Assembly: GCA_050250895.1 (NCBI GenBank)
Contig: JBFWNU010000009.1
Location: 38,388-102,387, forward strand
Source of the DNA: Vulcanimicrobiota bacterium
GTDB lineage: Bacteria > Vulcanimicrobiota > Xenobia > Xenobiales > JADMJV01
DNA length: 64,000 bases
Reading direction: 5' to 3'
The first letter of the stretch is position 1. Every line of letters starts with the position of its first letter. The position numbers and the translations under genes are program-made. Shown here piece after piece: positions 9,483-17,428 of the stretch. The notes beneath the pieces are model-generated. The model saw only the letters and a program-made list of their open reading frames with translations, had not been told where the DNA came from and did not search any database.

Positions 9483-11155
9483 TACAGCTTCTTGGCGATC
9501 TTGGTCCAGGAATCGCGCAGCGGCACGATGCGATTAAAGACCAGTTTGTCGGCGTTGCTATCGGGATCCACCACGAAGTAGCCCTGACGCTCGAACTGGT
9601 AGCGGTTGCCCGGGCTGGTGCCGGTCAGGGCCGGTTCGACCCTGGCCTCGGGCCTTACGACCAGCGAGTCCTCGGCGATCAGATCGAGCCAGTTGTCGGC
9701 GCTGTCGGGGCGCGCGTCGGTAAACAGGCAGGAGTAGAGCCTGACTTCGGCGGGCAGGCTGTGACTGGCCGAAACCCAATGGATAGTGCCTTTGACCTTC
9801 CGACCATCGGGCGAAGAACCGCCGCGGGTCTCGGGGTCGTAGGTGCAGCGCAGCTCGACGATCTCGCCCTGCTCGTCTTTGATCACCTCGTTGCAGGTGA
9901 TGTAGTAGGCTCGCCGCAGGCGCACCTCGCGTCCGGGAGCCAGCCGGAAGAACTTCTTGGGCGGGTCTTCCATGAAGTCTTCGCGCTCGATGTAGATCTC
10001 GCGGGTGAAAGGCACCTCGCGCGAGCCCATGGCCGGGGGATCGTCGGGATAATAAGGAGCCTCGAACTGCTCGACCTGCCCCTCGGGATAGTTGGTAATC
10101 ACGACCTTGAGCGGGTCAAGCACGCCCATCACCCGTTCGGTGGTCGTGTTGAGGTGATTGCGCACGCTGTCTTCCAGCAGGGCCAGCTCGATCCACTGGG
10201 TCTTTTTGGTGATGCCGACCCGGTCCACAAAGTCGCGGATCGCCTCGGGTGTGTAGCCGCGCCGGCGCATGCCCCGCAGGGTCGGCATACGCGGGTCGTC
10301 CCAGCCAGCCACCCGCTTTTCTCGCACCAGCTGGATCAGCTTTCGCTTGCTCATCACCGTGTAGTTGAGGTTGAGCCGACTGAACTCGATCTGCTGCGGA
10401 CGGCAGGCCGTGCCGACCTTCTCGAGCACCCACTCGTAGAGGGGCCGATTGTTCTCGAACTCGAGACTGCACAGCGAGTGGGTGATGCCCTCGATGGCGT
10501 CCGACAGGCAGTGGGTGTAGTCATACATCGGATAGATGCACCACTTGTCGCCACTGCGGTGATGGTGGGCCTTGCGAATGCGATACAAAGTCGGGTCGCG
10601 CATGACCACGTTGGGAGAGGCCATGTCGATCTTGGCGCGCAAGACCCGGGCCCCGTCTTCGAACTCGCCCGCCCGCATGCGCTCGAACAGCTCGAGATTC
10701 TCTTCGAGGCTGCGATTGCGATAGGGGCTTTCCCGGCCCGGTTCGGTGAGGGTCCCTCGATACTCGCGGATCTGGTCGGCGGTCAGGTCGTCGACATAGG
10801 CGTGACCGGAACGGATCAGGCCGACCGCATACTCATAGAGCTGATCGAAATAGTCCGAGGCGTGGTATTCGTGGTCGCCCCAATCCCAGCCCAGCCAGCG
10901 GATGTCCTCGGCGATGGCCTCGACATACTCGGTGTCTTCCTTGAGCGGGTTGGTATCGTCAAAGCGAAGATGACAACGACCGGCGTAGTCTCGGGCGATG
11001 CCGAAATTGAGACAGATGGCCTTGGCGTGGCCGATATGCAGATAGCCGTTGGGCTCGGGAGGAAAGCGAGTGACCACCTGGCGGTGTTTACCCGAGGCCA
11101 GGTCGGCATCGATAATCTGGCGGATGAAGTTGGTGGAGGTTTCGACGGTAGACAT
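9482..11155 (-). CDS. glnS: Glutamine--tRNA ligase
   Basis: [15 protein letters not shown] (HIGH), [23 protein letters not shown]. Start trimmed to [15 protein letters not shown] at 11155. Confidence 0.98.
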   Translation of the reverse strand: MSTVETSTNFIRQIIDADLASGKHRQVVTRFPPEPNGYLHIGHAKAICLNFGIARDYAGRCHLRFDDTNPLKEDTEYVEAIAEDIRWLGWDWGDHEYHASDYFDQLYEYAVGLIRSGHAYVDDLTADQIREYRGTLTEPGRESPYRNRSLEENLELFERMRAGEFEDGARVLRAKIDMASPNVVMRDPTLYRIRKAHHHRSGDKWCIYPMYDYTHCLSDAIEGITHSLCSLEFENNRPLYEWVLEKVGTACRPQQIEFSRLNLNYTVMSKRKLIQLVREKRVAGWDDPRMPTLRGMRRRGYTPEAIRDFVDRVGITKKTQWIELALLEDSVRNHLNTTTERVMGVLDPLKVVITNYPEGQVEQFEAPYYPDDPPAMGSREVPFTREIYIEREDFMEDPPKKFFRLAPGREVRLRRAYYITCNEVIKDEQGEIVELRCTYDPETRGGSSPDGRKVKGTIHWVSASHSLPAEVRLYSCLFTDARPDSADNWLDLIAEDSLVVRPEARVEPALTGTSPGNRYQFERQGYFVVDPDSNADKLVFNRIVPLRDSWTKIAKKL

Positions 11156-11219
11156 TGGAAGGCCGTTCGGCGCCGCCAACCCCTTTCCTCGACCCCCGGC
11201 CGATGGTATCATCCCCACA

Positions 11220-11522
11220 ATGAGCCAGCGCCCCTGTCCCACCTGCGGCCAGCTTCTGCCCGACGCCGCCACCCGTTGCGAGTGCGGCGCTCGCCTGGGG
11301 GGAGTATCGCCCACGGTGAGCCTGTTTCTGCTGGGCTTTTTGCCCATGGTGATCGGCCTCTACGTCTTGCGCTACGGCAACTGGCGTCACTACGATCCGC
11401 CCTATTACCTGGCCGTCCTGGCCGTGGGCGTCGGATTTATCATCAGCGTCTACCTGATGGTCCAGGCCGGCGGCAAGCGCAAGCCCCCTCCGGCCGAGGG
11501 GGATCACCGCTCGGGTCCGTAA
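11220..11522 (+). CDS. Small zinc-ribbon membrane protein
   Basis: ATG at 11220, CPTCG...RCECG followed by two hydrophobic helices; divergent from glnS. Confidence 0.7.
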   Translation: MSQRPCPTCGQLLPDAATRCECGARLGGVSPTVSLFLLGFLPMVIGLYVLRYGNWRHYDPPYYLAVLAVGVGFIISVYLMVQAGGKRKPPPAEGDHRSGP

Positions 11523-11556
11523 AGGAAAGGGCCCCGCTCTTCACAGCGCGGAACCT
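11523..11556 (-). terminator. Hairpin with GUGA tetraloop followed by CUUUCCUUU; putative terminator of the HNH transcript
   Basis: Minus strand GGTTCCGC-G-CT-GTGA-AG-A-GCGGGGCC-CTTTCCTTT, lying between convergent genes. Confidence 0.5.
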
Positions 11557-11651
11557 CGATATGGCCACAGGGCAGGCCTCGGTATTGCGGATAGTCCGCC
11601 TGACACCCGGCGGCGGAGTGGCCGCTCCTACAATACAGCGTATAGCACCCA

Positions 11652-12833
11652 TCAGCCTGAGCGTGACCTGGTCCGCCGACGCTGCGCCTTATCCCGGGCG
11701 GCCTTCCACTCGGGTCGATTTGCAAAGTCTTTCTCGTGCGCGTTGGCGTGGCAACCCGGACACAACAACTCCAAATCTTCCAGTCGATGCTGCCGAGTTT
11801 CGGACCAGGCCCGAACGTGATGCACTACCAGATTGCCCTCAGAGCACGAACATCGCTCACAGCGGCCAAAAGCGCGAGCATAGACCGCTCGCACCAACCC
11901 CACCGGCAGCCCGGGCCGACCCTTAGACCGACTCGGCAGTAGCGGCAACTGTTCGGCCTGAGTACTTCCAGCTGGAAGTACAGCCTGGGGACAGGCCACC
12001 ACGATGCCGGTTTGCTTCATCGCCTCGTCAACCGCCTCGGGCTCGGCCGGCAAGAGTCCGCGATCGGTATCATAGAAGCCTTCGCCGGTCACACCGTTCA
12101 CGTGAACGATGACCTGATGACGCACTTTGCTGCGGTTGTCGGCCGAGGCCAGCAGGGCCCTGCTCATCTCGGCCACGGCCGTCTCCTGGCTGACGCGCTT
12201 GCCCCGGCGGGCCTCGACCAGTCTCTTGGCCTGCTCATAGATAGCATACTCCTCGGGGGGCAGCAGCAGAATAACCTTTCGTAACTTCGGCGCCTCCGGA
12301 ACGGCAGGCGGCGCGGGTTGAACTGGCCTCGCGGGTTGCTCGGTGAAGGTCAACTCGGGCTGACTCTGGCGAGCCTCGAGCGAAGCTTGCAAAGCCTGGC
12401 CACGCTTGTGTTGGGTGGGAGTCAGAGCCACGGCGCGCTCGACTGCCTGGGCCTTGTTCTTCAGCGCAAACTCGAGCATCTCGGCCTCGTTGTCGGGGGT
12501 GGTGATCCGCTTGAGAGCGCGGGCTTTGCTCCAGCAGAGCCTCCCGTCGCGAAAGGCTTCCGAGACGAGGGGCAGTTGCTCGAAAACCCTGGCCAAACTG
12601 AGGAGTTCGCCGGCCTTCTGGGGATGCAGGTTGAGGTGATGGATAGCGTAGCCAACGGTGCTACCACAGCCCATCTGCCGATACAGTCCGCTGCGCTCGG
12701 TAGCCAAGAGGTGGGCGGCCAGCTCCCATTCGCAGCCAAAGGAGCGCTTGCTCGCCTGGCGGTTTCTCTGGTGGAGCTCCTGGTGAGAAAGCTGTTGCAG
12801 GGAGTGGGAAAATCCTGACAGAGTTGTAGACAT
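11652..12833 (-). CDS. HNH endonuclease with DUF222-like N-terminal helical domain
   Basis: C-terminal CERC...VVHHV...EDLELLCPGCHANAH; N-terminal LY..MG..S..GY...LNL...A..L...LP.V..AF.DG.L.WSK pattern; GGAGGG RBS 6 nt before ATG at 12833. Confidence 0.85.
   Translation of the reverse strand: MSTTLSGFSHSLQQLSHQELHQRNRQASKRSFGCEWELAAHLLATERSGLYRQMGCGSTVGYAIHHLNLHPQKAGELLSLARVFEQLPLVSEAFRDGRLCWSKARALKRITTPDNEAEMLEFALKNKAQAVERAVALTPTQHKRGQALQASLEARQSQPELTFTEQPARPVQPAPPAVPEAPKLRKVILLLPPEEYAIYEQAKRLVEARRGKRVSQETAVAEMSRALLASADNRSKVRHQVIVHVNGVTGEGFYDTDRGLLPAEPEAVDEAMKQTGIVVACPQAVLPAGSTQAEQLPLLPSRSKGRPGLPVGLVRAVYARAFGRCERCSCSEGNLVVHHVRAWSETRQHRLEDLELLCPGCHANAHEKDFANRPEWKAARDKAQRRRTRSRSG
11962..11981. 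repeat. Perfect 20-bp palindrome GTACTTCCAGCTGGAAGTAC inside the HNH gene
   Basis: Read directly from the sequence; encodes VLPAGST in the linker before the HNH domain. Confidence 0.95.
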
Positions 12834-13091
12834 CAGCAGCCCTCCGAGGCGAAGAAGAATCAAGCAATGATCCTATTTTACTCAAGATTAGCCGCCGAAT
12901 CAACGCAACGAAACGGCTTGGTTGTGGGGTTTAAATGGCGCCTCACCGGTGGCCGCGAGAACGGTTTCCAGTGAAAAAATGACGGCGCCAACCAGTTTCT
13001 TGTGCGGATGACTGACAGGCGCCCTTCAGGGCTCAGGGCGCCAAGTTTGGATAGCACGATCTCCAGGGCAACTCCCCAGTTCACAAATATT

Positions 13092-13100
13092 AGGATATCA
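13092..13100 (-). promoter_or_regulatory. Putative extended -10 promoter (TG-A-TATCCT) facing the HNH gene
   Basis: AT-rich patch at 13081-13110 between array and leader; TCACAA direct repeat at 13081 and 13098. Confidence 0.35.
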
Positions 13101-13120
13101 CAACATTTGATCTGGCGGTG

Positions 13121-14300
13121 GTTACTTCCAGCTGGAACTCCGCGGCGGGTCCGCGGCCAACAATCCGGGGGGTTTCGGAGAACGAGTCTACTTCCAGCTG
13201 GAAGACCGCGGCCCCGCGGCGGGTCCTGAAGTTCGCCGCCCGGGCGACCGGCGAGCGGGTCCGCGACCAACAATCCGGGGGATATGGGAGAGCGAGTGTA
13301 CTTCCAGCTGGAAGACCGCCGCCCCAAGCCCGAGCCGGGTTCGGCGAATCGCGCAAACCCAGGGCTCGCCGCCCGAGCCCGCCCCCCCAGAGGCTCGCCG
13401 CCCGGGCCACCGGCCGCCAACACCCCGGCGTGGTATCGGAGTGCGAGTGCAATTCCAGCTGGAAGTCGCGGGCCCAGCGGCGGGTTCTCAAGTTCGCCGC
13501 CCGGGACCACCGCGAGCGGGTCCGCGGCCACAAGCCCGGGCCGGTTTCGGCGAGCGCGCAAACCCAGGGCTCGCCGCCCGAACCCGTCCCCGCCCCCCGG
13601 CGAGCGAGTCCGTGGTCCGGCTGGAATCCTTCGCCTGGCCGAGCCAGGGTTGAACAATCGCGCCGACTCTCGGGGCCGCCGCCCGGGCCACCGGCCGCCA
13701 ACACCCCGGCGTGGTATCGGAGTGCGAGTGCAATTCCAGCTGGAAGTCGCGGGCCCAGCGGCGGGTTCTCAAGTTCGCCGCCCGGGCCACCGGCGAGCGG
13801 GTCCGCGATCAACCCCGCGGGGTATCGGAGAGCGAGTGTACGTCCCGCTGGAAGACCGCCGCCGCAAGCCCGAGCCGGGTTCGGAGAGCGCGCAAATTCC
13901 CAGGGCTCGCCGCCCGGGCCATCGGCGAGCGGAGCCGCGGCCAACAACCCCGCGGGCTATCGGAGTGCGAGTCTACTTCCAGCTGGAAGACCGGTGGGTT
14001 CTCAAAGTTCGCCGCCGGGACCACCGCGAGCGGGTCCGCGGCCACAAGCCTGGGCCGGGTTCGGCGAGCGCGCAAACCCAGGGCTCGCCGCCCGAACCCG
14101 TCCCCCAGAGTTCGCCCCCCGGGGAGCGAGTCCGTGGTCCGGCTGGAATCCTCCGCCTGGCCGAGCCAGGGTTGAACAATCGCGCCGACTCTCGGGGCCG
14201 CCGCCCGTGCGGAGGCTGAGGAGCGGGAGTCTACTTCCAGCTGGAAGATCGCCGCTCGGGTCATCGGCGAGCGGAGCCGTGGCCAACAACCCCGCAGGCG
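13121..14300. repeat. Modular intergenic repeat array built around palindrome TTCCAGCTGGAA
   Basis: Perfect cores start at 13126, 13192, 13302, 13453, 13734, 13977 and 14235; degenerate cores near 13616, 13842 and 14137. Block duplications 13397-13505/13678-13786 and ~13490-13685/~14005-14205. Confidence 0.93.
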
Positions 14301-14309
14301 GCTAGGCGC

Positions 14310-14723
14310 CTAGGCGGCTAACCCGCGAGCGCCGAGCCAGTGGACCAGGCCGCTCTGGCCGGGGTTGAAAGAGATGCCCACTACGTGGGCGGGGCTGCCG
14401 CCGACTGGCTGCTGCCAGACGGGCCAGCCGCGCATCGGCACTTCGGTGTCATCGAGGTGAAGGACCAGCTCCAGTTCGCGCTCTGCTTCCAGACGATGCT
14501 CGCTGACGAGCCTGAGCCCGGTGGCCGAAATGTTGACACCGAAGCCTTGCACTTGACGGTCGTCCAACTTGATAGCGACAGGAAAGTTGTAGGCGAGACG
14601 AGTGGCGATTCGGCGATTTTCACAGCCGGGCAGCGCCTTTTGTTTGCGCTTTTTCTTTTTCACGAAACCTCCAGTTTTGCGGGTAATCTGTTGGGCGCTA
14701 AACAACCACCCAATCTTCCCCAT
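14310..14723 (-). CDS. PilZ domain protein
   Basis: RRIATR (RxxxR) and NISATG (D/NxSxxG) motifs; start uncertain. Confidence 0.85.
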   Translation of the reverse strand: MGKIGWLFSAQQITRKTGGFVKKKKRKQKALPGCENRRIATRLAYNFPVAIKLDDRQVQGFGVNISATGLRLVSEHRLEAERELELVLHLDDTEVPMRGWPVWQQPVGGSPAHVVGISFNPGQSGLVHWLGARGLAA

Positions 14724-14770
14724 TCACCGCTTTGCGGCTTATGAGAAAAATGATACACCAATTAGTTTCC

Positions 14771-14776
14771 TATAAT
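14771..14776 (+). promoter_or_regulatory. TATAAT -10 element in AT-rich divergent intergenic region
   Basis: Consensus -10 about 80 bp upstream of the 14854 start; no clear -35. Confidence 0.3.
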
Positions 14777-14853
14777 CAATGTTTGGGGCAAAATTTAACA
14801 ACCCCGCACAGAGCAAAGGCTCAGACGCTCTCCGAAGCGAACCGAGGGGGCCT

Positions 14854-15249
14854 ATGGACGATCCTTTGCAGTCCCCCAACCTGCTGGCCATGGCTGAAGC
14901 TCTCGAAGCTTGGGAGAACGGCGAGATCAGTGACCACGACTATGTGGGCATCCTGGCCGAGGTGCGCGAGTCGGTGCGCCCGGTGGTCGAGCAGCTTCGA
15001 GTTGCCTGCGCCGACCTGCCCGAGGACATGCCGGCCGACATGGTCGAGGCGCTACTCGAGTGCCTGCGCCTCAATCGGGCCTATCTCCAAGCCTTCGACG
15101 AGATGATCGACGAGCCTCACCTGGGGCTCGACTCAGCCCGGGCGGCGGTGCTCGAGTTGGCCCAGCTCGAGCAAGAGACTCGCGAGAAGCTCAAGCAAAA
15201 GCCCAAAGTTTCGCTGGGAGACCTGCTCGACTCGTTTCGGACTCGCTAA
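14854..15249 (+). CDS. Hypothetical helical protein
   Basis: GAGGGGG RBS before MDDPLQS; coding-like codon usage. Confidence 0.7.
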   Translation: MDDPLQSPNLLAMAEALEAWENGEISDHDYVGILAEVRESVRPVVEQLRVACADLPEDMPADMVEALLECLRLNRAYLQAFDEMIDEPHLGLDSARAAVLELAQLEQETREKLKQKPKVSLGDLLDSFRTR

Positions 15250-15300
15250 GGGGTCGTTTGCCCCACGCGCCAAGGGTCATCGAACTTCTAGAATCGAGGT

Positions 15301-15990
15301 ATGAAAAACTTCGTCCTCTCGATTCTCCGCTGGCTACTGTTCTCGATCGTCAAGCCCGACATCCGGGGCCTCGAAGAGATCCCCGCCCAGGGGCCCGTCA
15401 TTTTGGCCGGCAACCACCCCAACGTGCTCGACGGACTGGTGGTCGGACTGGCCAGTCCCCGGCCGGTGCGCTTTCTCGTGGCGGGCGAGCTTTTCAGAGT
15501 GCCAGGACTGGCCGCTTTTCTGGCCTGGTTGGGCTGTATTCCGGTGGATCGACGCCAGGGCCGGGGCAACGGCGACGCCCTGCGGGCCGCTATCGAAGCT
15601 CTCGAGCAGGGCCACGTGCTGGCGCTCTTTCCCGAAGGTAAGACCAACGGCGGGCGAACCCTGCTCGAGTTCAAGCCGGGGGTAGCTCTGCTGGGCCTGC
15701 GCACCGGCGCACCGGTCATCCCGTTGGGTCTGGCGGGGACCGAAAAGGCTTATCCCGATGGGTCTTTCACCATCAAGCCTCAGGGCGTGGGGCTGGTCTT
15801 CGGCCGTCCTCGCCGTCTCGAGAACGAATCGGTCGAGCAGGCACTGCAGCAGGTCCGAGGCGACATCCTGGGTTGCAGTCATCAGGCCGAGGCCCTGACC
15901 GCGCCGGGCCGCTGCGAGTCGGTGCGGGCTCACCTGGCCGTGGCCGCCTCGTTGGTGCTGACCGTATCGACCCGGTGGGCTTTCCACTAA
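15301..15990 (+). CDS. Lysophospholipid / 1-acyl-sn-glycerol-3-phosphate acyltransferase (PlsC family)
   Basis: NHPNVLD (HxxxxD), IPVDR, FPEG motifs. Confidence 0.92.
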   Translation: MKNFVLSILRWLLFSIVKPDIRGLEEIPAQGPVILAGNHPNVLDGLVVGLASPRPVRFLVAGELFRVPGLAAFLAWLGCIPVDRRQGRGNGDALRAAIEALEQGHVLALFPEGKTNGGRTLLEFKPGVALLGLRTGAPVIPLGLAGTEKAYPDGSFTIKPQGVGLVFGRPRRLENESVEQALQQVRGDILGCSHQAEALTAPGRCESVRAHLAVAASLVLTVSTRWAFH

Positions 15991-16058
15991 TTGGAGTTGA
16001 CGATCCATTGACGGAGCTGTTGTAACCTCGTCTCAAGAGAACGAGAAAGGCAGATTCG

Positions 16059-16739
16059 ATGGGCGGCGAGCTAAAAACTTTTCAGCAAGAACATGGACTG
16101 GCGCTGTTGGGCCAATTGACGGCCGGAGTCGTGCACGACGCCCGCAACTTGCTCTGCAATATGGGACTGGTGGTCGACCGCCTGGCCATGCTCGTGCCCA
16201 AGCAAGACGAGAAGATCGACAAGAACCTGGCCCGGCTGCGCAACGGACTGGCCGACATGAACGTGATGTTCAGCAGCGTGCTCGACATCGCTCGTCCCGC
16301 CGAAGAGCAAGCACTCGAACTCGACGAAATGGTCGACGAAGCGCTGCGAGTGGTTCGCCCCACCACGCGAGGATTTGGCGTTCGCCTGGCCTTTGAGTCT
16401 GAACCGGTTGCAGTGCGAGGCTGCGGAGCCAAGTTGCGTCAAGTGCTGTGCAACCTGGTTCTCAACGCCTGCCAGGCCTGCGGCGCCGGTGGTCAGGTCA
16501 AAGTATTGGTCGAGCGCGATGGCGACGTGGCAAGACTGGTGGTCGAAGACAACGGCCCGGGAGTGGTCCCCGCCCAGCGCGACGACATCTTTTCACCCTT
16601 CGTGACCAGCAAGAGCAACGGCTCGGGCCTGGGCCTGTGGAACTGCCGCCAGATTGTTGAAGAGATGGGCGGCCGCATCCAGGTGGGCGACAGCGCTTTA
16701 GGCGGGGCTCGCTTCGAAGTCGAACTGCCGGCTATTTAG
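16059..16739 (+). CDS. Sensor-less histidine kinase (HisKA + HATPase_c)
   Basis: VVHDARN H-box, NLVLNA N-box, DNGPG, FVTSK and GSGLGL. Confidence 0.88.
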   Translation: MGGELKTFQQEHGLALLGQLTAGVVHDARNLLCNMGLVVDRLAMLVPKQDEKIDKNLARLRNGLADMNVMFSSVLDIARPAEEQALELDEMVDEALRVVRPTTRGFGVRLAFESEPVAVRGCGAKLRQVLCNLVLNACQACGAGGQVKVLVERDGDVARLVVEDNGPGVVPAQRDDIFSPFVTSKSNGSGLGLWNCRQIVEEMGGRIQVGDSALGGARFEVELPAI

Positions 16740-17376
16740 CGCCCTTCTTCTTGAGATAGGCTTTCACTTTCTCATCCTCGGCCATGGCCAGGGGGGTCTT
16801 GTCGCTAAACCCTTTGGCGTTGATGTCGCCGCCTTTGGCCACCAGTAGCTTGAGAATCGCGAGATCGCCTTTGTCGGCGGCTTTGTGAACCGGCGTGTTC
16901 TTCATGGCGTCACGCGCTTTGAGGTCGGCGCCCTTGTCGAGCAGGATCTTGACGCACTCGACCTTGCCCCCGAAAATTGCCCCGTGGAGTGGAGTGCCGC
17001 CGATATTGCCCTTGCTGTTGACGTCGGCGCCTTTGGAGATCAGGTATTTGACGATCTCGGGATGACCCATGAAAGCGGCGCTATGCAGCGGGGTGTCGTC
17101 GCAAAAGCCGTGGGATTCGAGGTCAGAACCTTTACTGACCAGCCACTTGACCAGGTCGAACTTGCCCCAAAAGGCCGCGCGGTTGAGCAGGGTGCACTTG
17201 TCGCTGGTCCCTTCCTGGCCGCGCATTTTGATCAGCTTGGGATCTTTGCTCACGGCCGCCTTCACGACCTCGACATCGCCTTTCATGATGGCGTTGTCGA
17301 GCTCGTCGACCTGGTTGGCCAGAACCGGTGAGCCTAGAAGGACAATAAGAAAAAAGAGAACGGAAAACTTGGACAT
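16732..17376 (-). CDS. Secreted ankyrin repeat protein
   Basis: TPLH..A..G...V..L...GADVN repeats; signal peptide MSKFSVLFFLIVLLGSPVLA. Confidence 0.92.
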   Translation of the reverse strand: MSKFSVLFFLIVLLGSPVLANQVDELDNAIMKGDVEVVKAAVSKDPKLIKMRGQEGTSDKCTLLNRAAFWGKFDLVKWLVSKGSDLESHGFCDDTPLHSAAFMGHPEIVKYLISKGADVNSKGNIGGTPLHGAIFGGKVECVKILLDKGADLKARDAMKNTPVHKAADKGDLAILKLLVAKGGDINAKGFSDKTPLAMAEDEKVKAYLKKKGAK

Positions 17377-17428
17377 GCCAGGCCTTTCTGGAGAACCTAC
17401 CGCCAGACCTTCCCTCTCTATAAGCCGC

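Noticed and set aside
11560-11630. SRP RNA, tRNA or self-cleaving ribozyme
   Set aside because: Lacks the SRP GNRA/AGCAG loop, a cloverleaf and hammerhead/twister/HDV cores as far as I can see; kept only as an unassigned structured element.
9761-11926. 721-aa plus-strand ORF and the N-terminal extension of glnS to 11347
   Set aside because: Antisense to glnS; the extension overlaps the divergent zinc-ribbon gene and precedes the conserved GlnRS N-terminus.
11652-12833. IscB/Cas9/TnpB or IS transposase assignment for the HNH gene
   Set aside because: No RuvC motifs, PLMP N-terminus, or DDE/HUH motif seen; no terminal inverted repeats or target duplication identified.
13121-14300. CRISPR array
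   Set aside because: Inter-repeat segments are themselves repeated and irregular in length rather than unique ~30-40-bp spacers; the conserved core is only 12-14 bp; no cas genes are present.
12878-14305. Long ORFs over the repeat array (e.g. 13118-14305, 13284-14219, 13090-13947)
   Set aside because: Open in several frames on both strands because the GC-rich repeats lack stops; Pro/Arg/Gly/Ala-rich translations without RBS or domain signal.
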